Made by a program: the position numbers and the translations under genes. A DNA stretch of 32,000 nt, from assembly GCF_000020025.1 (NCBI RefSeq), contig NC_010628.1, forward strand, positions 3,990,001-4,022,000. The letters run 5' to 3'. The notes beneath the pieces are model-generated. The model did not search any database, had not been told where the DNA came from, and saw nothing but the letters and a program-made list of their open reading frames with translations. The stretch is from Nostoc punctiforme PCC 73102. GTDB taxonomy: Bacteria > Cyanobacteriota > Cyanobacteriia > Cyanobacteriales > Nostocaceae. Of the stretch, positions 8,478 through 16,916 are shown piece after piece; within the stretch, counting starts at the first letter, position 1, and the number at the start of each line of letters is the position of its first letter.

Positions 8478-11078
8478 ATGTCATTTGATGAACTGATTTC
8501 GCGCCAAGACTTACTAGCAGGACTCCCTGCTAAACGTACCAATACTTTGCTCTTTCTGATTGAAAGGCAAACAGCACGACTAGCAGCCCGATCGCGAGTT
8601 GAGTTTTCTCTTACCGACTCAGCCGAGCGCGATCGCGAGTTGGCCTTTCTAGAGGCTTTTACTCTAGGAAAAGCCCCTGCGCTCCGCCCGACAATTCAGC
8701 AATTAGAACGTTTTGCTCCCCAATGGTCGGTACTTGTACCAGATAATCCCACACTGAAAGCGTCTTTAATCAACACTTTATGTCAAAAATACAGTTTCAC
8801 TAAGCAATTAGTTCCCAATATCCGAGCGGCTTTAAACTGCGAGCAATTAGGAGTCGAGCAAGCTTATCAACGCCTCTACCAAAAACCGATCGCAGTGGCT
8901 TTCGCCTCCCAAGTGCCCCTCAAAGAGAGATTGTCTTGGATAGCAGCAGCGAGTATCCAAAAGGTAGAATCCTTACCACCTTTCTGGATCGCTTCTTTAG
9001 TCACAATTGCCTTGGGACTTCCTCAAGCCTTCCTCGCTCTACCCATTGCTGTCGCTGAGTTAGGGCCTCTTGCAAGTGTGGCATTTCTGATTGTTTTGGG
9101 AATGATTAACATCTTGACAATGGTTTGTATGGCAGAATCCATCGCTCGTAGTGAAGACTTTGTTTCTGGCAAAACCTTCATTAAACAATTAGCAACAAAC
9201 TACTTGGGTAAAGCTGGTTCTCTAATTCTTTCGGTTGCTGTCGGGATTCGCGTCTTTTTAATCGCCCTAGCCTGTTACATCGGGTTATCAGCGACAATGG
9301 CAAGTTTTACTTCTCTACCAGCTTCCTTGTGGGCGGGTTTACTTTTTTTATTTGGACTATACATACTGTCGCGTAAGTCCCTAAATTTGACCATTGGGGT
9401 AACAATTTTGTTAGCAGGATTAAATGTTAGCTTGCTCTTATTTTTAACAGTACTTTCTTTTGGGCATTGGCAGCTAGCTAATGTATTGTACGTTAACTGG
9501 GCTTTTTTCGATGGGAGTGCTTTCAATCTCCAGGTATTCCATCAAGTCTTTGGTGTTACCTTAATGCTTTACTTCGGCCATGTATATGTGGGCGAATGTG
9601 CAAAAGTAGTACTACCAAAAGACCCAAGCGCCACCTCCTTAATTTGGGGAAGTATCACCGGTACAGCTTTTTTGACTTTCCTATTTTGCCTTTGGGTGCT
9701 GGCAGTCAATGGAGCGATCGCACCACAGATACTAGCAACCCAAACAGGAACAGTTTTAGAACCACTGGCGCAGCAAAATGGCCCAATAGTGAAAATCGTC
9801 GGTGCAATACTCGTCACTTTTTTGTTGGGAATGGCATGGTTTAGGAGTTCTAGTCTTCTAGTCAACTTGGCGCGAGAATGGCTTCCTAGCCAACCGCAAA
9901 CGATTTTGACATTACCTAGCCAGCAGGGTAAACTAATTTTGCGAACTCGCGATCGCTACAATCTCTGCTCAATTGGTCTAACTTATCTAGGACTCGCACA
10001 CGGACAGCCTACCTTCGATCTCGATATTCAATTGAAAGGTAATATCCATCAATTAGAGATTAAAGTTGCTAAAAGTTGGGATATTAAAGAATTAATCTTT
10101 AAACTTTCCGACCTAAATCTATATGATGTAGACCTGAAGATAGAAATACAATCGGTTAGTGAAGATCGTGTATGCTTGAAAGTCATCTCTGCAATGGCGA
10201 TCGCCTACGAGGGAGCTTTAGAGAGAACGCGCGATGAAGATAAAACCACTCACAAGCAGAAATTCCAAAAAGCGATCGCGCAACAGGCTTGGGTATATCT
10301 ATTAGAACAACGTCAATTCTTACTTTCTATTACTCCTCTATTCCTGGTATTTTTGTTAACCGAAGGACTGTTCTTCTCTGGACAGCAATCCTTTACCAGC
10401 GTTCTCGGCTTCGCTGGAGTACTGGGTAACTCTCTTGTTGGTGGGATTTTTCCAGTTCTCCTACTGGCTTCTAGCCGACAAAAGGGTGAAATTTTACCAG
10501 GTATTGTTTTAAAGCTGCTCAACTCTCCCTGGTTACTTGGCAGCATCTATAGTTTCTCTTTGTTTATCCTTCTACTCCACGGCTTATTCATCTGGCAAAA
10601 TCCCCTAGCCCGGATCGCTGTCTTGGGCGTTACTATCCTCTCCTTAGCAGCTACCTTCGTGATGTGGCAGACTGGAGCCTTCATGTCCCGCACGGTAATA
10701 GAGTTACAAGAAAACAAGCAACAAGGAGGACAAACTTTCTTCAAAATAACCGCCGGTGGCCGACCAAAAACAGCACAAGTCAAACTAGGATATGCAGACG
10801 GCGAAGAAACCCATCAAGCGGCTTCTGTAGAAATTCCCTCTCTCTCGTCTCTGCGTTATGCCATTTTTCAATTACCAACTAAAGAATCAGAAGAACTCAG
10901 GGTGTGGGCGCACAGCAATAACCCTAACGGTGACTCTGAAAGCTTGCCCGCATTCTTAGAAATAAATCGAGAAAACCGTAAGATGCAGTTTGATTTAAAA
11001 CTGTTCGGCGGCAAGGTTTTATTGCCTCTGATTAACGGTAAATACTGCTTAAAACTTGAATTCCCAACAGCCGGATGA
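8478..11078 (+). CDS. Large polytopic membrane protein. The core resembles an amino-acid permease (APC / aromatic amino-acid transporter type), with soluble N-terminal, central and C-terminal domains.
   Basis: 866 aa. A soluble ~165-aa N-terminus is followed by many hydrophobic helices, e.g. 'LPPFWIASLVTIALGLPQAFLALPIAVAELGPLASVAFLIVLGMINILTMVCMAESIA'. A soluble insert spans roughly aa 480-610, then more helices, then a beta-rich tail. The start lies 18 nt after the upstream stop. Confidence 0.6.
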   Translation: MSFDELISRQDLLAGLPAKRTNTLLFLIERQTARLAARSRVEFSLTDSAERDRELAFLEAFTLGKAPALRPTIQQLERFAPQWSVLVPDNPTLKASLINTLCQKYSFTKQLVPNIRAALNCEQLGVEQAYQRLYQKPIAVAFASQVPLKERLSWIAAASIQKVESLPPFWIASLVTIALGLPQAFLALPIAVAELGPLASVAFLIVLGMINILTMVCMAESIARSEDFVSGKTFIKQLATNYLGKAGSLILSVAVGIRVFLIALACYIGLSATMASFTSLPASLWAGLLFLFGLYILSRKSLNLTIGVTILLAGLNVSLLLFLTVLSFGHWQLANVLYVNWAFFDGSAFNLQVFHQVFGVTLMLYFGHVYVGECAKVVLPKDPSATSLIWGSITGTAFLTFLFCLWVLAVNGAIAPQILATQTGTVLEPLAQQNGPIVKIVGAILVTFLLGMAWFRSSSLLVNLAREWLPSQPQTILTLPSQQGKLILRTRDRYNLCSIGLTYLGLAHGQPTFDLDIQLKGNIHQLEIKVAKSWDIKELIFKLSDLNLYDVDLKIEIQSVSEDRVCLKVISAMAIAYEGALERTRDEDKTTHKQKFQKAIAQQAWVYLLEQRQFLLSITPLFLVFLLTEGLFFSGQQSFTSVLGFAGVLGNSLVGGIFPVLLLASSRQKGEILPGIVLKLLNSPWLLGSIYSFSLFILLLHGLFIWQNPLARIAVLGVTILSLAATFVMWQTGAFMSRTVIELQENKQQGGQTFFKITAGGRPKTAQVKLGYADGEETHQAASVEIPSLSSLRYAIFQLPTKESEELRVWAHSNNPNGDSESLPAFLEINRENRKMQFDLKLFGGKVLLPLINGKYCLKLEFPTAG

Positions 11079-11080
11079 TG

Positions 11081-11145
11081 CAGGGGGCAAGGGGCAGAGG
11101 AGCAGGGAGCAGGGGGAGCAGGGGGGACAAGAAAGACAAGGGGGA
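11081..11145. repeat. G-run-rich tract with ~7-nt periodicity (GCAGGGR-like units)
   Basis: 'cagggggcaaggggcagaggagcagggagcagggggagcaggggggacaagaaagacaaggggg', directly after the stop codon at 11078. It contains at least 5 runs of GGG or longer. Confidence 0.5.
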
Positions 11146-11165
11146 ATTATTTAACTAGTTTCTTC

Positions 11166-11221
11166 CCCAATGCCCAATTCCCAATGCCCAATGCCCAATT
11201 CCCAATTCCCAATTCCCAATT
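11166..11221. repeat. Eight tandem CCCAATK heptamers (STRR-like cyanobacterial short tandem repeat)
   Basis: Reads cccaatg cccaatt cccaatg cccaatg cccaatt cccaatt cccaatt cccaatt. The array abuts the TAGGAG ribosome-binding site of the next gene. Confidence 0.9.
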
Positions 11222-11233
11222 TAGGAGTATTTT

Positions 11234-12025
11234 ATGAGTCAAATTATTTCTGTTCATTCATTCCGTGGCGGTACTGGCAAATCTAATATGACTGCCAACC
11301 TAGCTACGACTCTAGCATTACAAGGAAAAAGAATAGCTATCATTGATACCGACATTCAATCACCAGGAATTCACGTTATTTTTGGTCTGAACGAGCAGAA
11401 GATGAATAATTGTTTAAATGATTATCTGTGGGGTAAGTGTGCAATTGAAGATGCTGCCTACGATGTCACTCATCTTTTAAAGGGAGAAGGAGGCAGTGGT
11501 AAACTTTACCTGATTCCTTCTAGTATTAATCCCGGTCAAATTACCCGAATTCTACGTGAAGGATATGACGTAGCCAGACTCAACGATGGTTTTTACGAAA
11601 TCATTAATGCTTTAGATTTGGATTATTTATTAATTGATACCCATCCCGGACTCAATGAAGAAACTTTACTTTCTATTGCAATTTCGGATATTCTTGTTGT
11701 GATTTTACGTCCAGATCAACAAGACTTCCAAGGAACTGCTGTGACACTGGAAGTTGCCCGCAAATTAGAAGTACCTAAGATGATGCTGGTAGTTAATAAA
11801 GTATTATCTACATTCGATTTTAATGCTTTGCAACAAGAGGTAGAGTCTACCTATAAAACCCCAGTTGCTGGTATTGTTCCCCTATCAGAAGATATCATTC
11901 GCCTTGCCAGTAGTAATATTTTCTGTTTGCTCTATACAAGCCATCCCTTCAGTCAGGTAGTGCAAAAAATTACTGCACAAATTATTAGGGAACAAGCCAA
12001 GGTAGCGGTTAGAGGAGCTTTTTAA
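11234..12025 (+). CDS. MinD/ParA-family P-loop ATPase
   Basis: 263 aa. Deviant Walker A '[16 protein letters not shown]', 'IAIIDTD', and Walker B-like 'YLLIDTHPG'. GGAG lies 8 nt upstream of the ATG. Confidence 0.75.
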   Translation: MSQIISVHSFRGGTGKSNMTANLATTLALQGKRIAIIDTDIQSPGIHVIFGLNEQKMNNCLNDYLWGKCAIEDAAYDVTHLLKGEGGSGKLYLIPSSINPGQITRILREGYDVARLNDGFYEIINALDLDYLLIDTHPGLNEETLLSIAISDILVVILRPDQQDFQGTAVTLEVARKLEVPKMMLVVNKVLSTFDFNALQQEVESTYKTPVAGIVPLSEDIIRLASSNIFCLLYTSHPFSQVVQKITAQIIREQAKVAVRGAF

Positions 12026-13185
12026 TGGAACGGCAAAAATTTCGGGCTGCCATACTTGCCGCTTATGGTGCTACTGAATCGGAAATCGAAGAACTGCTAG
12101 TTTACAATCAAAATGTTTTTGAACATGATAACTGGCAACCATCTCTAAAATTTCCCCTCGAACCAGAATTGCATATTGAGACTTGGGAAAATTACGCTGT
12201 CAACGCTAGAGAAATAGGTGTTTTTGAAACCCTCAAGCAGGTATTTGTTCAATTTTCGTTTCCTATTCAAGAAGGAATTAGTCAAACTGAAGCCTACCGT
12301 GCTGCTACTTTGAAAGGAGTTAATCTTGATGGCATCTCTGAGGCGACTGATTTAGTTCTTGAACATCCAGACAAGCTAGATTTAAAAATTTATCAAAGTT
12401 TAGCTGGGGCGATTCCGGTTATACTTCCTGGTAATCGAGAGGATTTTGTTTCTTTAGTGCGATCGCTAACCAAACGTAATGAACCCCAATTCATTCCAGA
12501 TTCTATGGGGGCTTGTATGGTTGCTGGTTACAATAATTGGGATCGAATTCGCCGCTATCGCCAACAATGGGAAAGAGAAAATCCAGCAAATTGCTCTGAA
12601 ACAGCTTGGACAACAGAGTTTAAACGGCTGATTCCCGATAAAAATCGCTATCAAGACCGATTTATTATTCTCAGCGATGGATTTTATAGTAACGTTTCCC
12701 CTAGTGATATTGGACTTCCAGAATCAGAATGGCGGCGTTTATCTCTGACAATTCGCTTGGAACACGAATGCACTCACTACCTTACCCGCCGCCTATTTAA
12801 CTCAATGCAAAATAATCTCCTCGACGAGCTAATCGCTGACTATCGAGGGATTGTTGCTGCGACTGGAGGCTATCGAGCCGATTGGTTCTTACGTTTTATG
12901 GGTTTAGAATCATTAGACAATTATCGAGAAAGCGGTAGATTGCAAAACTATCGGGGTGAACCGCCGCTTTCAGATGGAGCTTTTAGGATTTTACAAGCTT
13001 TAGTGACAGATGCAGCTTTGAATTTAGAGCGTTTCGATGCTGAATATATTAATAAATTAAGCGTTGGTAATGAGCGGAATTTGTTAGCGATCGCCTTGAC
13101 TTATTCAACATTAGAAGAATTAGCTTCCCAAGAAAATACTTCCTATCTTGTGACGATTTTAGAGCAACTAGAGACTGAGAGTTAA
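12025..13185 (+). CDS. Conserved-looking hypothetical protein with an HExxH motif (possible metallopeptidase)
   Basis: 386 aa. 'RLEHECTHYLTRR' contains H-E-C-T-H. The start overlaps the ATPase stop (TAATG at 12023-12027), which implies translational coupling. Confidence 0.5.
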   Translation: MERQKFRAAILAAYGATESEIEELLVYNQNVFEHDNWQPSLKFPLEPELHIETWENYAVNAREIGVFETLKQVFVQFSFPIQEGISQTEAYRAATLKGVNLDGISEATDLVLEHPDKLDLKIYQSLAGAIPVILPGNREDFVSLVRSLTKRNEPQFIPDSMGACMVAGYNNWDRIRRYRQQWERENPANCSETAWTTEFKRLIPDKNRYQDRFIILSDGFYSNVSPSDIGLPESEWRRLSLTIRLEHECTHYLTRRLFNSMQNNLLDELIADYRGIVAATGGYRADWFLRFMGLESLDNYRESGRLQNYRGEPPLSDGAFRILQALVTDAALNLERFDAEYINKLSVGNERNLLAIALTYSTLEELASQENTSYLVTILEQLETES

Positions 13186-13272
13186 GAATGAGGAGTTAGG
13201 AGAGTTAGGAACTATGATTTTCCCTCAATTTCCAATTCCCAATTTTCCAAAAAAATAATTGCAGGTAAAGCA

Positions 13273-14364
13273 ATGAGAGAAGTTTTACTCCAAGAACTGA
13301 GCAATAGCGATATAGATTGGATGCTCACCACGAGTCATAAACGTGAGATAGCAGATGGAACTGTTCTTGCCCAGGCAGGAAAAACTGGTGATACTTTCCA
13401 TATTCTTTTAGAAGGAACTTTGATAGCTACTGTTTCTCAAACTCGTCATAATCCTTTAGCTCGTGCTTTTGCAACTATAGAGGGAGACGGAATAGCCGGT
13501 TTAGAAGTTGCAAGATTTTCTAGTGGTGAAGTAGTCGGAGAAAATTCATTAATTGGCGTTCCTTCGACTACTAATATTCAAGCTTTAGAAAAATCGTTGT
13601 TGATGTCTATTCCTCTGGATCAATTAGCAGCTAAGTTGAAGCAGGATGCCGGATTTTCGGCTCGATTTTATCGTGCGATCGCAATTTTATATTCTGACAG
13701 ATTACAAAATCTAATTTCACGCCTTGGCCGTAGTAAGCTCGTTCAAATGCAGCCAATTAGAGATGTACTTTTTATTTTTGGAAAATTGCATGATAGCGAC
13801 CTCGATTGGTTTACTGCTAATGGTAAACTTAAGAGAATTGCTCCTCAAGAGATCCTCCTACGCCAGGGAGGGCCAGTAGATGCGTTATATGTCCTCCTGC
13901 AAGGACAAATGGCCGTTTCCATTTCTAGCAACCAAGATAATCCTTTGACTCGCATCTTTGCAACCTTGGAAGGAAACAAAGCCTCAGAACAAGAGATTGC
14001 CAAATTATACAAAGGCGAAATCATGGGAGAAGCGACTTTTATTGATGGACGCTTACCTTATGCAGATATTAAGGCGGTAGAAGATTCTTTAGTACTAGCG
14101 ATCGCTCGTTCGGAATTGCTAGCTAAATTACAGCAAGATGTCGGTTTTGCGGCTCGATTTTATCGCGCGATCGCAACTCTACTTTCAGATAGATTCCAAG
14201 GACTTCTGAACCGAATGGGCTATAGAAGACACACTTATAGTCCAGGACAGACATTGAGCGAAAAAGTTAAATATGAGGATGAACTAGATTCTGATATTTT
14301 AGAGCAGATGTCATTGGCTGCGGTCAGATTTGATTGGATGTTAGAAAATTTAAAAGCAATTTAG
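13273..14364 (+). CDS. Protein with two tandem cyclic-nucleotide-binding-like domains
   Basis: 363 aa with an internal duplication. The first half reads 'FHILLEGTL...GEVVGENSLIG...RFYRAIAILYSDRLQNLISRLG'. The second reads 'LYVLLQGQM...GEIMGEATFIDG...RFYRAIATLLSDRFQGLLNRMG'. No Crp-type HTH tail is present. Confidence 0.75.
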   Translation: MREVLLQELSNSDIDWMLTTSHKREIADGTVLAQAGKTGDTFHILLEGTLIATVSQTRHNPLARAFATIEGDGIAGLEVARFSSGEVVGENSLIGVPSTTNIQALEKSLLMSIPLDQLAAKLKQDAGFSARFYRAIAILYSDRLQNLISRLGRSKLVQMQPIRDVLFIFGKLHDSDLDWFTANGKLKRIAPQEILLRQGGPVDALYVLLQGQMAVSISSNQDNPLTRIFATLEGNKASEQEIAKLYKGEIMGEATFIDGRLPYADIKAVEDSLVLAIARSELLAKLQQDVGFAARFYRAIATLLSDRFQGLLNRMGYRRHTYSPGQTLSEKVKYEDELDSDILEQMSLAAVRFDWMLENLKAI

Positions 14365-14419
14365 ATAGCATCAATATTTCTGTTCGCATTATTTCCGCAA
14401 ACTTTGATGAGGTAAAGTT

Positions 14420-14884
14420 ATGACTTTTTTCGCAAATGCGGGTTACAAAATTTTAAAAGCCTGTGTTAATCAAAGTGAAGGGATGCATCCACGGATATTT
14501 TGTCGGCGATGGTTTGGCTTAGAAGACGTTCAAGAAGATGGCAGACTTCGCTTCACAGAAACACAAGTTTTAGCCATAGAATCAGAACATGGCTATCGAG
14601 AGAAATGTGTCAATTTAATTGCCAAGATATTAAAGATTAAACCTAATACAGTTCAACGATGGGGCAAAGGGGTAGAGTTTAACAACCTACCTTCAGATAA
14701 GCGACATCAATATGAAACCTATCTTCGTTACGTCGATATGCTGAGAGTGTTAAGTGCAAATTTGGCTAAACACGATGAAAGCTTAGTCATCAAGCTGTTG
14801 AATAGCTCAACAAAATCAGTAAAAGAAATCAATTCAGAATCTTTCAATTTCCAAGTTTCAGACAAATCGGAAATACTCGTTTAA
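14420..14884 (+). CDS. Small hypothetical protein with a possible helix-turn-helix
   Basis: 154 aa. 'KCVNLIAKILKIKPNTVQRWGKG' resembles an XRE-type HTH (…TVxRWxxG). Nothing else is recognisable. Confidence 0.4.
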   Translation: MTFFANAGYKILKACVNQSEGMHPRIFCRRWFGLEDVQEDGRLRFTETQVLAIESEHGYREKCVNLIAKILKIKPNTVQRWGKGVEFNNLPSDKRHQYETYLRYVDMLRVLSANLAKHDESLVIKLLNSSTKSVKEINSESFNFQVSDKSEILV

Positions 14885-14930
14885 ACAATAAAATCAACAC
14901 TCTTATGGTAAAAAAAAACTCACACCCATA

Positions 14931-14987
14931 GTAGTCTGTCAAATTTAAATTGATAGGTAAGTTCGTAGTAAGGACTTTAGTCCTTAC
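14931..14987. repeat. Dispersed hairpin repeat, copy A
   Basis: 'gtagtctgtcaaatttaaattgataggtaagttcgtagtaaggactttagtccttac'. It is about 80% identical to the reverse complement of 27333-27390 and contains the hairpin gtaaggact/agtccttac. Confidence 0.5.
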
Positions 14988-15096
14988 ATTTCAGGTTCAT
15001 TAGTCGTTTATGGGGGAAATCCCCGCGCTAACTCACTAAAAACCCTTACAGCTAGCTTGACAAAGTAGTATAAACCCAAAAAAACAAAGGTCATTA

Positions 15097-16560
15097 ATGA
15101 AAGTTCATTTAATTGGTCATGCTTCTCTTTTTGTTGAAACCCTGGATTGCAATATTCTTATGGATCCACTTTTATGGAACCCTGGAATCAGCGAAGGAAT
15201 GCAGGATATTTGTCCCAAACGTCAAGTCCTCCACGACCAAATTCCTGAATTCGATATCCTGGTTATTTCTCACCAGCACATAGATCACTTCAATATTCGT
15301 TCTTTAGCTAATCTCCCCAAGCATGTAGATGTGTTGATTCCTAAAGACCAATTCCTAGAAACTTGTCTACGCAAATTAGGCTACCGTCACATTTACCCCC
15401 TCAAGGATTTCAATGAAGTCCGAATTGGTTCAACTCGTCTAGTTGCGACTCGTTCAGAGAATCGTGTTCCTGAATATGGGATGATTTTTGCCGATTCTGA
15501 TGGAGTATTCTGGAATCAAGTTGATTCAATTGTTAATGCTCAAACAATTAATGAAGTCAAATCGCGCTATCCTCAAATTAATTTTTTGTTAGCTCCTTGG
15601 CAACCATTATTACAAATTCAATATCAATATAATGAATGTGTTATTTTCCCCTACGCTAGTTATAGTCATCTGCTCAAAATTATCGGTTTAACCGCACCAA
15701 AAGCTATTGCTCCAGGTGCTAATGGGTTCAAACAGATTAATGGTTCATCTTGGCTAAATCAGATCGTCTTTCCTGTGACGCGAGAGCAATTCTGTCATGA
15801 TGTGCAACAGGCATATCCGACGATTCAAGATCGGATATTTAGCTTCGATCCGGGCGATGTTATCACCTTGAACAATGGTGAAGTTAGCCATTCACCACAA
15901 AAATCAACCTTTGTGAAAAAGCTAGCCGATGATAGCGATAGCTTGTACTTCTCACCCGTCAATACAGACAGCAAACTCATTGACGACAATCCAGAGGGCT
16001 ATGACATTGAACAGATGAAAAGCGTGATTGAGGAAGAAATATGCATTCACCTGACCAAATTCTTCAATGACAAGAAAGATTCTTTGTTTATGGAGTATGG
16101 CTACTGGAAAGCCATTTATCAGCTAGAAGTCATCTTCCCGACTCATTCTGAAGCTTGGTATTTTGATTTCAGCGAACATTCCATCCAATGCCGACGAGGG
16201 AAGAATCCTTTAGCCAACGTCTTTACTTTAATCGCTGCTTCCAGCTTCTATGGACTGTTAAAAGGTATTAAAGGGTGGGATTACGCGAATTTTGGTGGTT
16301 ACTATCGTTGTTTTAATAAAGTTTATCAAGCTACTCTCTACGGCATTATCAGGCCATTCGACGATTCCAACCAGGGAATTCCAGATCCTCTGAGCCTTAA
16401 ATTTCCCTACAAGGAAGTCTATGAGCGGGTTCGCTTTTATGAAATTGAAAAATGGGGTCAAGTAAATGACGAGCAAACCATCGACAAAAATAGTCAAAAT
16501 CCGATGGTTATCATTGGCAATACTCTGATTAAACCCCAGCATAAAGTTCAGTGCATTTAA
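15097..16560 (+). CDS. MBL-fold metallo-hydrolase with a ~250-aa C-terminal domain of unknown function (paralog 1)
   Basis: 487 aa. 'MKVHLIGHASLFVETLDCNILMDP' and the H-x-H-x-D-H motif 'ISHQHIDHF'. AAAGG lies upstream of the ATG. Confidence 0.75.
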   Translation: MKVHLIGHASLFVETLDCNILMDPLLWNPGISEGMQDICPKRQVLHDQIPEFDILVISHQHIDHFNIRSLANLPKHVDVLIPKDQFLETCLRKLGYRHIYPLKDFNEVRIGSTRLVATRSENRVPEYGMIFADSDGVFWNQVDSIVNAQTINEVKSRYPQINFLLAPWQPLLQIQYQYNECVIFPYASYSHLLKIIGLTAPKAIAPGANGFKQINGSSWLNQIVFPVTREQFCHDVQQAYPTIQDRIFSFDPGDVITLNNGEVSHSPQKSTFVKKLADDSDSLYFSPVNTDSKLIDDNPEGYDIEQMKSVIEEEICIHLTKFFNDKKDSLFMEYGYWKAIYQLEVIFPTHSEAWYFDFSEHSIQCRRGKNPLANVFTLIAASSFYGLLKGIKGWDYANFGGYYRCFNKVYQATLYGIIRPFDDSNQGIPDPLSLKFPYKEVYERVRFYEIEKWGQVNDEQTIDKNSQNPMVIIGNTLIKPQHKVQCI

Positions 16561-16916
16561 AATACAGGCAGTTTTTAAACCAATACGCTTGGGTTAAGCA
16601 TCTCTTTCTTCTCTCTGCGTTCTCTGCGCCTTGGCGGTTCGTTAAAAAATTGACTTTGGTAACTGAGTTTTAACCTTAACTGAACCGTATTGCTTTTTGA
16701 GTGATCGCTAATCCCATTCCTAACAAGTAAAAGTTCGTACATTAATTAGAGGATTTTTGCCAAATCCCAAGTTGTATCAAACTTACTCCCTTCTAAGGTG
16801 GCAGTAAACTACTCAAATTTCCCCTTTTTAAGGAAGATTTAGGCAGATATAAAACTATTTGATACATCCCTAGCAAATTTTAAAACATTCTCTTAAATAA
16901 AAGCAAGAGGTAACTA

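Noticed and set aside
9275-10882. Track ORFs 9275..9526(-), 9569..9865(-), 9596..9844(+), 10313..10546(-), 10547..10783(-) and 10664..10882(+)
   Set aside because: All are nested within the 866-aa membrane-protein gene in other frames or on the other strand. Their translations are Arg/Pro/Ser-rich nonsense, typical of off-frame reads of a hydrophobic gene.
15057-15078. TTGACA...TATAAA upstream of the first MBL gene (and TTGACT...TATAAT at 29618-29633 upstream of the HlyD gene) as sigma70 promoters
   Set aside because: The spacer between the hexamers is only 4-6 nt instead of about 17 nt, so they cannot function as a -35/-10 pair. The -10-like boxes alone are not enough evidence.
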